From Cycas panzhihuaensis (taxonomy: Eukaryota > Plantae > Cycadophyta): 64,000 nt of DNA. Positions 35,715 to 48,402 of the stretch are shown in pieces. The notes below the pieces were generated by a model. That model had not been told where the DNA came from. It ran no database searches and saw nothing but the letters and a program-made list of their open reading frames with translations. The stretch lies in contig CM041465.1 of the NCBI GenBank assembly GCA_023213395.1, positions 192,207,741 to 192,271,740 on the forward strand. The letters run 5' to 3'. Each line of letters opens with the position of its first letter. Within the stretch, counting starts at the first letter, position 1. The position numbers and the translations under genes are program-made.

Positions 35715-38700
35715 GCACATGAACAAGTATAGTGGAGAAGTGAACTTTATTTTTATGAGCTCCTCTACAAGTTAGAAACTGACATAGACTTTTTTGCCTA
35801 ATGTGATCAAGGGTTAACTGAATCTCAACTAAAAATTAAAAATATTTTAATGTATCAATAAAATAAAATAAAACTAAATAAACATTTATCCTAAGTATTA
35901 CATCATTAATTTTGTGTCTACTCTATGCCCACATTGATCAAATTTTGAATCAAATTGATTCGTGTTAACATCTAAATGATTTGATTCATTATCTTGTATT
36001 GATTTGCTACAATATTAATTATTTGTATGGCTAACTCTACTCAAGTGCTCTTCATCACTTTTGTCTAATATTTTGCTCTATAACCTATAACAATGATGTA
36101 AATGTTCATGGCATTAATTATCTCCTTCGTTGCATATTGTCTTCACTTATTCTTAACATTATCTTCTATAACGTAGGCAACTCCATCTACGAGGCATTGT
36201 TATAATGATCTCTATTCAATAGACCTAGTCGTGATTACTCTTTCATGGGTAATTATATTAATTAATTCCTGAGCATTCAAACATATGTTGAACGTCTATA
36301 GTCTTCATTAGATCTCCTTTTATCTTTGTTACAGTGGTTGACTAATCTTATACCCATTCAATTTTAATCAATATTACTCCCAATTTTTATAGTGATGGTG
36401 TATTTATCATTGCACTTGTTTCTCAACCTGAGCACTTAAAAAAAATTTAGTGAATACCCCCCAGGTTATAACCACCTATATGCAGTCATTAAATATCCCT
36501 CTAAACACTTCCCTTTGATGTAAACACACTGCCAATACATACAAACCATAACCCCTTCATTAAAAAAAAAAAAATTAATACTAACACTCATAATCTCATA
36601 GCCTAAACAACTAATCCTATAACAAAACTGGCAAAATTTTGAACCTAAAACAATGCCTACTATTTGTTGATAGATATAAAACCACCTAGTTCCACATGTT
36701 ACTAGATGTGAAATTAATCCACAACCTACAACATAACTCAGCTCTGATACCAGATAAAAGTTAGATCATAAAAAATAGAACCAAAGTAACATAATAGACA
36801 TGGGTTTTTTAGTAGAGTTAGTCTACCATCAAACTAAATTGGTATTCAATAAGAACCCATACATTCTAATGTAAAAATATAATACTATACAAGTATATAT
36901 ACAAGTGGGATCAGTAATGGTCAACAAAAGAATCTATAACTGCCCTGACACATGTCATAAGCCCATTTAGGACATTGTAACTCTTAGTGACTCACCTATC
37001 TAATTTTGTATATACATGAATATTAATATAATAAAAGCATCACATGTTTAGTTTCTTTCATTTAAATGATCTTTGAAAATATGTTAATAATTCTATAATT
37101 GAAAATTTTGTAACTAAAATCATTCCTTTTAAAGCCAAACTAAACTCAATTAATAACTTTAATGTTGAATATCAATCCAAAATGCAAATAACATTTAGTT
37201 TTCTTAGTATGCCTATTAGTGGGAACATCATATTACATGTCAAGAATACTATTATATCGAAGCAGATATAGAACTCAATTATAGATGACACACCTAATGA
37301 GATTATAAAACAATTATTTGTTGCAACATATAATATGAGATTTGATGCATAAAATATCTACTTTATTGATTTAGATGCATCAAGAGACAAGACTATACAA
37401 TTGAAATGCATTTACCAAATGTGGAAAGTGAATCAGAAAGTCACCATTAGGGAAGACACCAATCTGGAGACCATTGGAATTGGAAGTGTACCATCCATTA
37501 TGCTAAATGGTGAACGGTAGTATCTGGACAATGTTTTGTATGTACTAAATCTAAAAGCAAATCTTGTTTTTATAAGCAAAATTGAATAACAAGATATAAC
37601 TGTAACATTTGTTTGAGGATAGTACATAATCTAAGATAAATAAAACAACATTGCAGCCAAAGGGCTTAGAGAAAATAGTTTGTACAAACTACAAGGAGAC
37701 TTTAAAGCACAAAGAGTACTTCTTACTGTATCTCTAAAGCAAAAATTATGGCATGAACAAATAGGCCATTCGAATTACATGACTCTCTAATTGATGCATA
37801 AATTAAAATTAGTGCATGGTCTTCTTATGATAAATGTTAAAATTTGTTTATGTGAACCCTGTATTTTTGGAAAACAGCATAGGGAGTGATTTATAAAGAA
37901 CAAAACATGTATAACTAGAGAAACATTATGATTGGTTCACTTATATATCTGTGGACTAATGCCTACTGTCTCACTTAGTGGAGCGAGATATTTTACCACA
38001 TTCATTGACAACTTTTCACAAAAAGGTTGGGTTTTATAACTAAGGAAAACATCTCAAGCCTTCACCTACTTCAAATAGTGTAAGGGGTTGGCAAAGAATG
38101 AAAGTGGACATAAGATTAAGGTCTTATGAATTAACAATGGTAGAGAGCACATTTTAAATAAATTCACTTAGCTCTACAAGGATTGTAGAATCACGTGGCA
38201 GTTTGCTGCTGCCTATAAACCTTAATAGAATGGAGTTTGGAATGGTTTCAATTAGTAAATTTCTATAAATTTATAACAATGATCCTAAAAAGAAGCACAA
38301 AAGAGTAACTAATAGAATTTTATTGATAGATTTTATTCAACAAAATATTATAAGAGAATAAAGGACAATTGCAAGAGCACCAAAATGGACACTAAATTTG
38401 TACAAGATATGATAAAGGAAATAAACTGAAAAATATAAAACTCTCTTTATAAATATTTAACCTTAAATAGGCAAAAGTGGTCACTTACCATAGAATCCTA
38501 CGGTAAGCATTTATCCTTCAATATGATTAGTATAACTAACATTAACTTTAACCCACCTTGGTCATATACATAGACATTTATATTTTACTAGTTGTAATAG
38601 TTAATCAATCAATAATCACCCAGATATAATCATATTTAATAGAAGATGGGATTCTAGTAATGAAGTCCATGGTAACGTCCTACCATTTTCCTTGAGGGAT

Positions 38701-41700
38701 TTCTAAGGGTTAGAGAAGGCCTCGTTGAGCCTTAGTATCTATCTTATTACATTGGTAGGTGTCGCATTTTGATATATATATGAGAATTGATGCCTTCATA
38801 TGAGGCTAGTAAAAATCTGATCAAATATAATAGTAAGTTTTATCGAACCTTGAATGTCCACCTAAAGAGGTAGTATGACATTCTAACAAGATACAAGAAA
38901 TGAAGGGGGATGTCAGGTGAATAAAAATATGGTTTTAATAGAGGAGATGATTATTATATAGGGTCTAGTCCTTATGGTTTTAAACCTTTTCGATCCATAA
39001 AGCAAAATCAAAATGAGCTTGATATCATTTACTAGCTCTTGCAACCATGATAGCCGGGGTGTAGAAATGGCTTAGATTGTGGGTTTGAAGAGCAGGCAAG
39101 AGATAGCATCTACAACCACATTGTCTTTTTCTTTTTTATAAGAAATAGTAAATCCAAATACTTATAATTAATTGGCCCATTTTGCTTGTTCTTTTGATAG
39201 AATGGGTTGGTCTAGGAGGCAACAAAGGTTATGGTGGTCTATTAGGATTGTGAATTTTGATCCAAGTAGATATTGATGCCACTTGTCTATAGTGTACAGA
39301 ATGGCTTTCATTTCCTTTTGGTGTGTTGATAGCCAACATTCATGATCTTTGAGTTTTCAGCTTTCAAACGTAACTTGATGGAAATTCTACATGAGTACAA
39401 CTCCTAACCCAACTCTAGAAGTATCACATTCTAATTAAAATAGTTAGGAAAAGCAATAGGTAACAAGGACTGAAGTGGTGAACATGAGTATCTTTAAATG
39501 ATTAAAGGCATCATTGGCACTTAGTGACCATTGAAAGGAGTCCTTGTAAAATAGGTTAGTTAAGGGAGTTACAATAGAGGTATAATTTTTGACAAACTGA
39601 TGATAGAATCTAATTAGTCAAAGGCACACAATTGTATTAAATTCTTTAAGGTAGCCCTAACAGTGATAAAGATTTTATCAGGGTTGATAGTACTTCATGT
39701 GAGGAGATGATGTGGCCTAAGTATTATAGTTCAGTCTTACCAAATTTACATTTGGAAGAGGATTTAAAGGGTGATTTTTAAATGTTGAAAATGTTGGGAC
39801 ATGTCAGAGCTATAAATAAGCATATCATAAAAAAAAAACATAATAATGAATTTACAAGGATAGCATGCAAAGGTCATATTCATCAAAGCTTAAAAAGTAG
39901 TTGAAGCATTATAAAGGTCAAATGGCATGACCTAGAACTCAAAAGCACATGAACAAGTATAGTGGAGAAGTGAACTTTATTTTTATGAGCTCCTCTACAA
40001 GTTAGAAACTGACATAGACTTTTTTGCCTAATGTGATCAAGGGTTAACTGAATCTCAACTAAAAATTAAAAATATTTTAATGTATCAATAAAATAAAATA
40101 AAACTAAATAAACATTTATCCTAAGCATTACATCATCAATTTTATGTCTACTCTATGCCCACATTGATCAAATTTTGAATCAAATTGATTCGTGTTAACG
40201 TCTAAATGATTTGATTCATTATCTTGTATTGATTTGCTACAATATTAATTATTTGTATGGCTAACTCTACTCAAGTGCTCTTCATCACTTTTGTCTAATA
40301 TTTTGCTCTATAACCTATAACAATGATGTAAATGTTCATGGCATTAATTATCTCCTTCGTTGCATATTGTCTTCACTTATTCTTAACATTATCCTCTATA
40401 ATGTAGGCAACTCCATCTACGAGGCATTGTTATAATGATCTCTATTCAATAGACCTAGTTGTGATTACTCTTTCATGGGTAATTATATTAATTAATTCCT
40501 GAGCATTCAAACATATGTTGAACGTCTATAGTCTTCATTAGATCTCCTTTTATCTTTGTTACAGTGGTTGACTAATCTTATACCCATTCAATTTTAATCA
40601 ATATTACTCCCAATTTTTATAGTGATGGTGTATTTATCATTGCACTTGTTTCTCAGCCTGAGCACTTAAAAAAAATTTAGTGAATACCCCCCAGGTTATA
40701 ACCACCTATATGCAGTCATTAAATATCCCTCTAAACACTTCCCTTTGATGTAAACACACTGCCAATACATACAAATCATAACCCCTTTATTAAAAAAAAA
40801 AAAAAATTAATACTAACACTCATAATCTCATAGCCTAAACAACTAATCCTATAACAATACTGGCAAAATTTTGAACCTAAAACAATGCCTACTATTTGTT
40901 GATAGATATAAAACCACCTAGTTCCACATGTTACTAGATGTGAAATTAATCCACAACCTACAACATAACTCAGCTCTGATACCAGATAAAAGTTAGATCA
41001 TAAAAAATAAAACCAAAGTAACATAATAGACATGGGTTTTTTAGTAGAGTTAGTCTACCATCAAACTAAATTGGCATTCAATAAGAACCCATACATTCTA
41101 ATGTAAAATATAATACTATACAAGTATATATACAAGTGGGATCAGTAATGGTCAACAAAAGAATCTATAACTGCCCTGACACATGTCATAAGCCCATTTA
41201 GGACATTGTAACTCTTAGTGACTCACCTATCTAATTTTGTGTATATATGAATATTAATCTAATAAAAACATCACATGTTTAGTTTCTTTCATTTAAATGA
41301 TCTTTGAAAATATGTTAATAATTCTATAATTGAAAATTTTGTAACTAAAATCATTCCTTTTAAAGCCAAACTAAACTCAATTAATAACTTTAATGTTGAA
41401 TATCAATCCAAAATGCAAATAACATTTGGTTTTCTTAGTATGCCTATTAGTGGGAACATCATATTACATGTCAAAAATACTATTATATCGAAGTAGATAT
41501 AGAACTCAATTGTAGATGACACACCTAATGAGATTATAAAACAATTATTTGTTGCAACACATAATATGAGATTTGATGCATAAAATATCTACTTTATTGA
41601 TTTAGATGCATCAAGACACAAGACTATACAATTGAAATGCATTTACCAAATGTGGAAAGTGAATCAGAAAGTCACCATTAGGGAAGACACCAATCTGGAG

Positions 41701-44700
41701 ACCATTGGAATTGGAAGTGTACCATCCATTATGCTAAATGGTGAACGGTAGTATCTGGACAATGTTTTGTATGTACTAAATCTAAAAGCAAATCTTGTTT
41801 TTATAAGCAAAATTGAATAACAAGATATAACTGTAACACTTGTTTGAGGATAGTACATAATCTAAGATAAATAAAACAACATTGCAGCCAAAGGGCTTAG
41901 AGAAAATAGTTTGTACAAACTACAAGGAGACTTTAAAGCACAAAGAGTACTTCTTACTGTATCTCTAAAGCAAAAATTATGGCATGAACAAATAGGCCAT
42001 TTGAATTACATGACTCTCTAATTGATGCATAAATTAAAATTAGTGCATGGTCTTCTTATGATAAATGTTAAAATTTGTTTATGTGAACCCTGTATTTTTG
42101 GAAAACAGCATAAGGAGTCATTTATAAAGAAGAAAACATGTATAACTAGAGAAACATTATGATTGGTTCACTTATATATCTGTGAACTAATGCCTACTGT
42201 CTCACTTAGTGGAACGAGATATTTTACCACATTCATTGACAACTTTTCACAAAAAGGTTGGGTTTTATAACTAAGGGAAACATCTCAAGCCTTCACCTAC
42301 TTCAAATAGTGTAAGGGGTTGGCAGAGAATGAAAGTGGACATAAGATTAAGGTCTTATGAATTAACAATGGTAGAGAGCACATTTCAAATAAATTCACTT
42401 AACTCTACAAGGATTGTAGAATCAAGTGGCAGTTTGCTACTGCCTATAAACCTTAATAGAATGGAGTTTGGAATGGTTTCAAATAGTAATTTTCTATAAA
42501 TTTATAACAATGATCCTAAAAAGAAGCACAAAAGAGTAACTAATAGAATTTTATTGATAGATTTTATTCAACAAAATATTATAAGAGAATAAAGGACAAT
42601 TGCAAGAGCACCAAAATGGACACTAAATTTGTACAAGATATGATAAAGGAAATAAACTAAAAAATATAAAACTCTCTTTATAAATATTTAACCTTAAATA
42701 GGCAAAAGTGGTCACTTACCATAGAATCCTATTGGTAAGCATTTATCCTTCAATATGATTAGTATAACTAACATTAACTTTAACCCACCTTGGTCATATA
42801 CATAGGCATTTATATTTTACTAGTTGTAATGGTTAATCAATCAATAATCACCCAGATATAATCATATTTAATAGAAGATGGGATTCTAGTAATGAAGTCC
42901 ATGGTAACGTCCTACCATTTTCCTTGAGGGATTTCTAAGGGTTAGAGAAGGCCTCGTTGAGCCTTAGTATCTATCTTATTACGTTGGTAGGTGTCGCATT
43001 TTGATATATATATGAGAATTGATGCCTTCATATGAGGCTAGTAAAAATCTGATCAAATATAATGGTAAGTTTTATCGAACCTTGAATGTCCACCTAAAGA
43101 GGTAGTATGACATTCTAACAAGATACAAGAAATGAAGGGGGATGTCAGGTGAATAAAAATATGGTTTTAATAGAGGAGATGATTATTATATAGGGTCTAG
43201 TCATTATGGTTTTGAACCTTTTCGATCCATAAAGCAAAATCAAAATGAGCTTGATATCATTTACTAGCTCTTGCAACCATGATAGCTGGGGTGTAGAAAT
43301 GGCTTAGATTGTGGGTTTGAAGAGCAGGCAAGAGATAGCATCTACAACCACATTGTCTTTTTCTTTTTTATAAGAAATAGTAAATCCAAATACTTATAAT
43401 TAATTGGCCCATTTTGCTTGTTCTTTTGATAGAATGGGTTGGTCTAGGAGGCAACAAAGGTTATGGTGGTCTATTAGGATTGTGAATTTTGATCCAAGTA
43501 GATATTGATGCCACTTGTCTATAGTGTACAGAATGGCTTTCATTTCCTTTTGGTGTGTTGATAGCCAACATTCATGATCTTTGAGTTTTCACCTTTCAAA
43601 CGTAACTTGATGGAAATTCTACATGAGTACAACTCCTAACCCAACTCTAGAAGTATCACATTCTAATTAAAATAGTTGGGAAAAGCAATAGGTAACAAGG
43701 ACTGAAGTGGTGAACATGAGCATCTTTAAATGATTAAAGGCATCATTGGCACTTAGTGACCATTGAAAGGAGTCCTTGTAAAATAGGTTAGTTAAGGGAG
43801 TTACAATAGAGGTATAATTTTTGACAAACTGATGATAGAATCTAATTAGTCAAAGGCACACAATTGTATTAAATTCTTTAAGGTAGCCCTAATAGTGATA
43901 AAGATTTTATCAGGGTTGATAGTACTTCATGTGAGGAGATGATGTGGCCTAAGTATTATAGTTCAGTCTTACCAAATTTACATTTGGAAGAGCATTTAAA
44001 GGGTGATTTTTAAATGTTGAAAATGTTGGGACATGTCAGAGCTATAAATAAGCATATCATAAAAAAAAAACATAATAATGAATTTACAAGGATAGCATGC
44101 AAAGGTAATATTCATCAAAGCTTAAAAAGTAGTTGAAGCATTATAAAGGTCAAATGGCATGACCTAGAACTCAAAAGCACATGAACAAGTATAGTGGAGA
44201 AGTGAACTTTATTTTTATGAGCTCCTCTATAAGTTAGAAACTGACATAGACTTTTTTGCCTAATGTGATCAAGGGTTAACTGAATCTCAACTAAAAATTA
44301 AAAATATTTTAATGTATCAATAAAATAAAATAAAACTAAATAAACATTTATCCTAAGCATTACATCATCAATTTTGTGTCTACTCTATGCCCACATTGAT
44401 CAAATTTTGAATCAAATTGATTCGTGTTAACATCTAAATGATTTGATTCATTATCTTGTATTGATTTGCTACAATATTAATTATTTGTATGGCTAACTCT
44501 ACTCAAGTGCTCTTCCTCACTTTTGTCTAATATTTTGCTCTATAACCTATAACAATGATGTAAATGTTCATGGCATTAATTATCTCCTTCGTTGCATATT
44601 GTCTTCACTTATTCTTAACATTATCTTCTATAACGTAGGCAACTCCATCTACGAGGCATTGTTATAATGATCTCTATTCAATAGACCTAGTTGTGATTAC

Positions 44701-47700
44701 TCTTTCATGGGTAATTATATTAATTAATTCCTGAGCATTCAAACATATGTTGAACGTCTATAGTCTTCATTAGATCTCCTTTTATCTTTGTTACAGTGGT
44801 TGACTGATCTTATACCCATTCAATTTTAATCAATATTACTCCCATTTTTTATAGTGATGGTGTATTTATCATTGCACTTGTTTCTCAACCTGAGCACTTA
44901 AAAAAAATTTAATGAATACCCCCCAGGTTATAACCACCTATATGCAGTCATTAAATATCCCTCTAAACACTTCCCTTTGATGTAAACACACTGCCAATAC
45001 ATACAAATCATAACCCCTTTATTAAAAAAAAAAAAAATTAATACTAACACTCATAATCTCATAGCCTAAACAACTAATCCTATAACAATACTGGCAAAAT
45101 TTTGAACCTAAAACAATGCCTACTATTTGTTGATAGATATAAAACCACTTAGTTCCACATGTTACTAGATGTGAAATTAATCCACAACCTACAACATAAC
45201 TTAGCTCTGATACCAGATAAAAGTTAGATCATAAAAAATAGAACCAAAGTAACATAATAGACATGGGTTTTTTAGTAGAGTTAGTCTACCATCAAACTAA
45301 ATTGGCATTCAATAAGAACCCATACATTCTAATGTAAAAATATAATACTATACAAGTATATATACAAGTGGGATCAGTAATGGTCAACAAAAGAATCTAT
45401 AACTGCCCTGACACATGTCATAAGCCCATTTAGGACATTGTAACTCTTAGTGACTCACCTATCTAATTTTGTATATATATGAATATTAATCTAATAAAAA
45501 CATCACATGTTTAGTTTCTTTCATTTAAATGATCTTTGAAAATATGTTAATAATTCTATAATTGAAAATTTTGTAACTAAAATCATTCCTTTTAAAGCCA
45601 AACTAAACTCAATTAATAACTTTAATGTTGAATATCAATCTAAAATGCAAATAACATTTGGTTTTCTTAGTATGCCTATTAGTGGGAACATCATATTACA
45701 TGTCAAGAATACTATTATATCGAAGCAGATATAGAACTCAATTGTAGATGACACACCTAATGAGATTATAAAACAATTATTTGTTGCAACATATAATATG
45801 AGATTTGATGCATAAAATATCTACTTTATTGATTTAGATGCATCAAGACACAAGACTATACAATTGAAATGCATTTACCAAATGTGGAAAGTGAATCAGA
45901 AAGTCACCATTAGGGAAGACACCAATCTGGAGACCATTGGAATTGGAAGTGTACCATCCATTATGCTAAATGGTGAACGGTAGTATCTGGACAATGTTTT
46001 GTATGTACTAAATCTAAAAGCAAATCTTGTTTTATAAGCAAAATTGAATAACAAGATATAAGTAACACTTGTTTGAGGATAGTACATAATCTAAGATAAA
46101 TAAAACAACATTAAACCAAAGGGCTTAGAGAAAATAGTTTGTACAAACTACAAGGAGACTTTAAAGCACAAAGAGTACTTCTTCAGATCTCTAAAGCAAA
46201 AATTATGGCATGAACAAATAGGCCATTTGAATTACATGACTCTCTAATTGATGCATAAATTAAAATTAGTGCATGGTCTTCTTATGATAAATGTTAAAAT
46301 TTGTTTATGTGAACCCTGTATTTTTGGAAAACAGCATAAGGAGTCATTTATAAAGAAGAAAACATGTATAACTAGAGAAACATTATGATTGGTTCACTTA
46401 TATATCTGTGAACTAATGCCTACTGTCTCACTTAGTGGAGCGAGATATTTTACCACATTCATTGACAACTTTTCACAAAAAGGTTGGGTTTTATAACTAA
46501 GGGAAACATCTCAAGCATTCACCTACTTCAAATAGTGTAAGGGGTTGGCAGAGAATGAAAGTGGACATAAGATTAAGGTCTTATGAATTAACAATGGTAG
46601 AGAGAACATTTCAAATAAATTCACTTAGCTCTACAAGGATTGTAGAATCAAGTGGCAGTTTGCTACTGCCTATAAACCTTAATAGAATGGAGTTTGGAAT
46701 GGTTTCAAATAGTAATTTTCTATAAATTTATAACAATGATCCTAAAAAGAAGCACAAAAGAGTAACTAATAGAATTTTATTGATAGATTTTATTCAACAA
46801 AATATTATAAGAGAATAAAGGACAATTGCAAGAGCACCAAAATGGACACTAAATTTGTACAAGATATGATAAAGGAAATAAACTAAAAAATATAAAACTC
46901 TCTTTATAAATATTTAACCTTAAATAGGCAAAAGTGGTCACTTACCATAGAATCCTATTGGTAAGCATTTATCCTTCAATATGATTAGTATAACTAACAT
47001 TAACTTTAACCCACCTTGGTCATATACATAGACATTTATATTTTACTAGTTGTAATAGTTAATCAATCAATAATCACCCAGATATAATCATATTGAATAG
47101 AAGATGGGATTCTAGTAATGAAGTCCATGGTAACGTCCTACCATTTTCCTTGAGGGATTTCTAAGGGTTAGAGAAGGCCTCGTTGAGCCTTAGTATCTAT
47201 CTTATTACATTGGTAGGTGTCGCATTTTGATATATATATGAGAATTGATGCCTTCATATGAGGCTAGTAAAAATCTGATCAAATATAATGGTAAGTTTTA
47301 TCGAACCTTGAATGTCCACCTAAAGAGGTAGTATGACATTCTAACAAGATACAAGAAATGAAGGGGGATGTCAAGTGAATAAAAATATGGTTTTAATAGA
47401 GGAGATGATTATTATATAGGGTCTAGTCCTTATGGTTTTGAACCTTTGCGATCCATAAAGCAAAATCAAAATGAGCTTGATATCATTTACTAGCTCTTGC
47501 AACCATGATAGCTGGGGTGTAGAAATGGCTTAGATTGTGGGTTTGAAGAGCAGGCAAGAGATAGCATCTACAACCACATTGTCTTTTTCTTTTTTATAAG
47601 AAATAGTAAATCCAAATACTTATAATTAATTGGCCCATTTTGCTTGTTCTTTTGATAGAATGGGTTGGTCTAGGAGGCAACAAAGGTTATGGTGGTATAT

Positions 47701-48402
47701 TAGGATTGTGAATTTTGATCCAAGTAGATATTGATGCCACTTGTCTATAGTGTACAGAATGGCTTTCATTTCCTTTTGGTGTGTTGATAGCCAACATTCA
47801 TGATCTTTGAGTTTTCAGCTTTCAAACGTAACTTGATGGAAATTCTACATGAGTACAACTCCTAACCCAACTCTAGAAATATCACATTCTAATTAAAATA
47901 GTTGGGAAAAGCAATAGGTAACAAGGTCTGAAGTGGTGAACATAAGCATCTTTAAATGATTAAAGGCATCATTGGCACTTAGTGACCATTGAAAGGAGTC
48001 CTTGTAAAATAGGTTAGTTAAGGGAGTTACAATAGAGGTATAATTTTTGATAAATTGATGATAGAATCTAATTAGTCAAAGGCACACAATTGTATTAAAT
48101 TCTTTAAGGTAGCCCTAATAGTGATAAAGATTTTATCAGGGTTGATAGTACTTCATGTGAGGAGATGATGTGGCCTAAGTATTATAGTTTAGTCTTACCA
48201 AATTTACATTTGGAAGAGGATTTAAAGGGTGATTTTTAAATGTTGAAAATGTTGGGACATGTCAGAGCTATAAATAAGCATATCATAAAAAAAAAACATA
48301 ATAATGAATTTACAAGGATAGAATGCAAAGGTCATATTCATCAAAGCTTAAAAAGTAGTTGAAGCATTATAAAGGTCAAATGGCATGACCTAGAACTCAA
48401 AA
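35715..48402. repeat. Tandem triplication of a ~4.23-kb unit (35715-39944, 39945-44176, 44177-48402)
   Basis: Near-identical copies, each starting GCACATGAACAAGTATAG; junction CTCAAAA|GCACATG occurs twice; ORF-track triplet 37433/41664/45896. Confidence 0.97.

Larger units (their letters stand above)
21842..37033 (-). mobile_element. Degenerate Ty1/Copia element B inserted in gag of A
   Basis: LTRs 21842-22121 and 36755-37033; perfect PBS TGGTATCAGAGC (36741-36752); PPT 22122-22130; knuckle ~35420-35458, protease WCIDLDASKHM, LWHERLG, INT, RT, RH; near-TSD GAAAC/AAA(G/A)C. Confidence 0.88.

Noticed and set aside
36755-45495. Near-identical LTR copies 4.23 kb apart as a young intact element
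   Set aside because: Identity extends across the whole unit and breakpoints lie outside the LTRs; a false positive for LTR finders
37433-46087. Three near-identical 63-64-aa ORFs as a small gene family
   Set aside because: Antisense shadows of the Copia A protease region copied by the triplication
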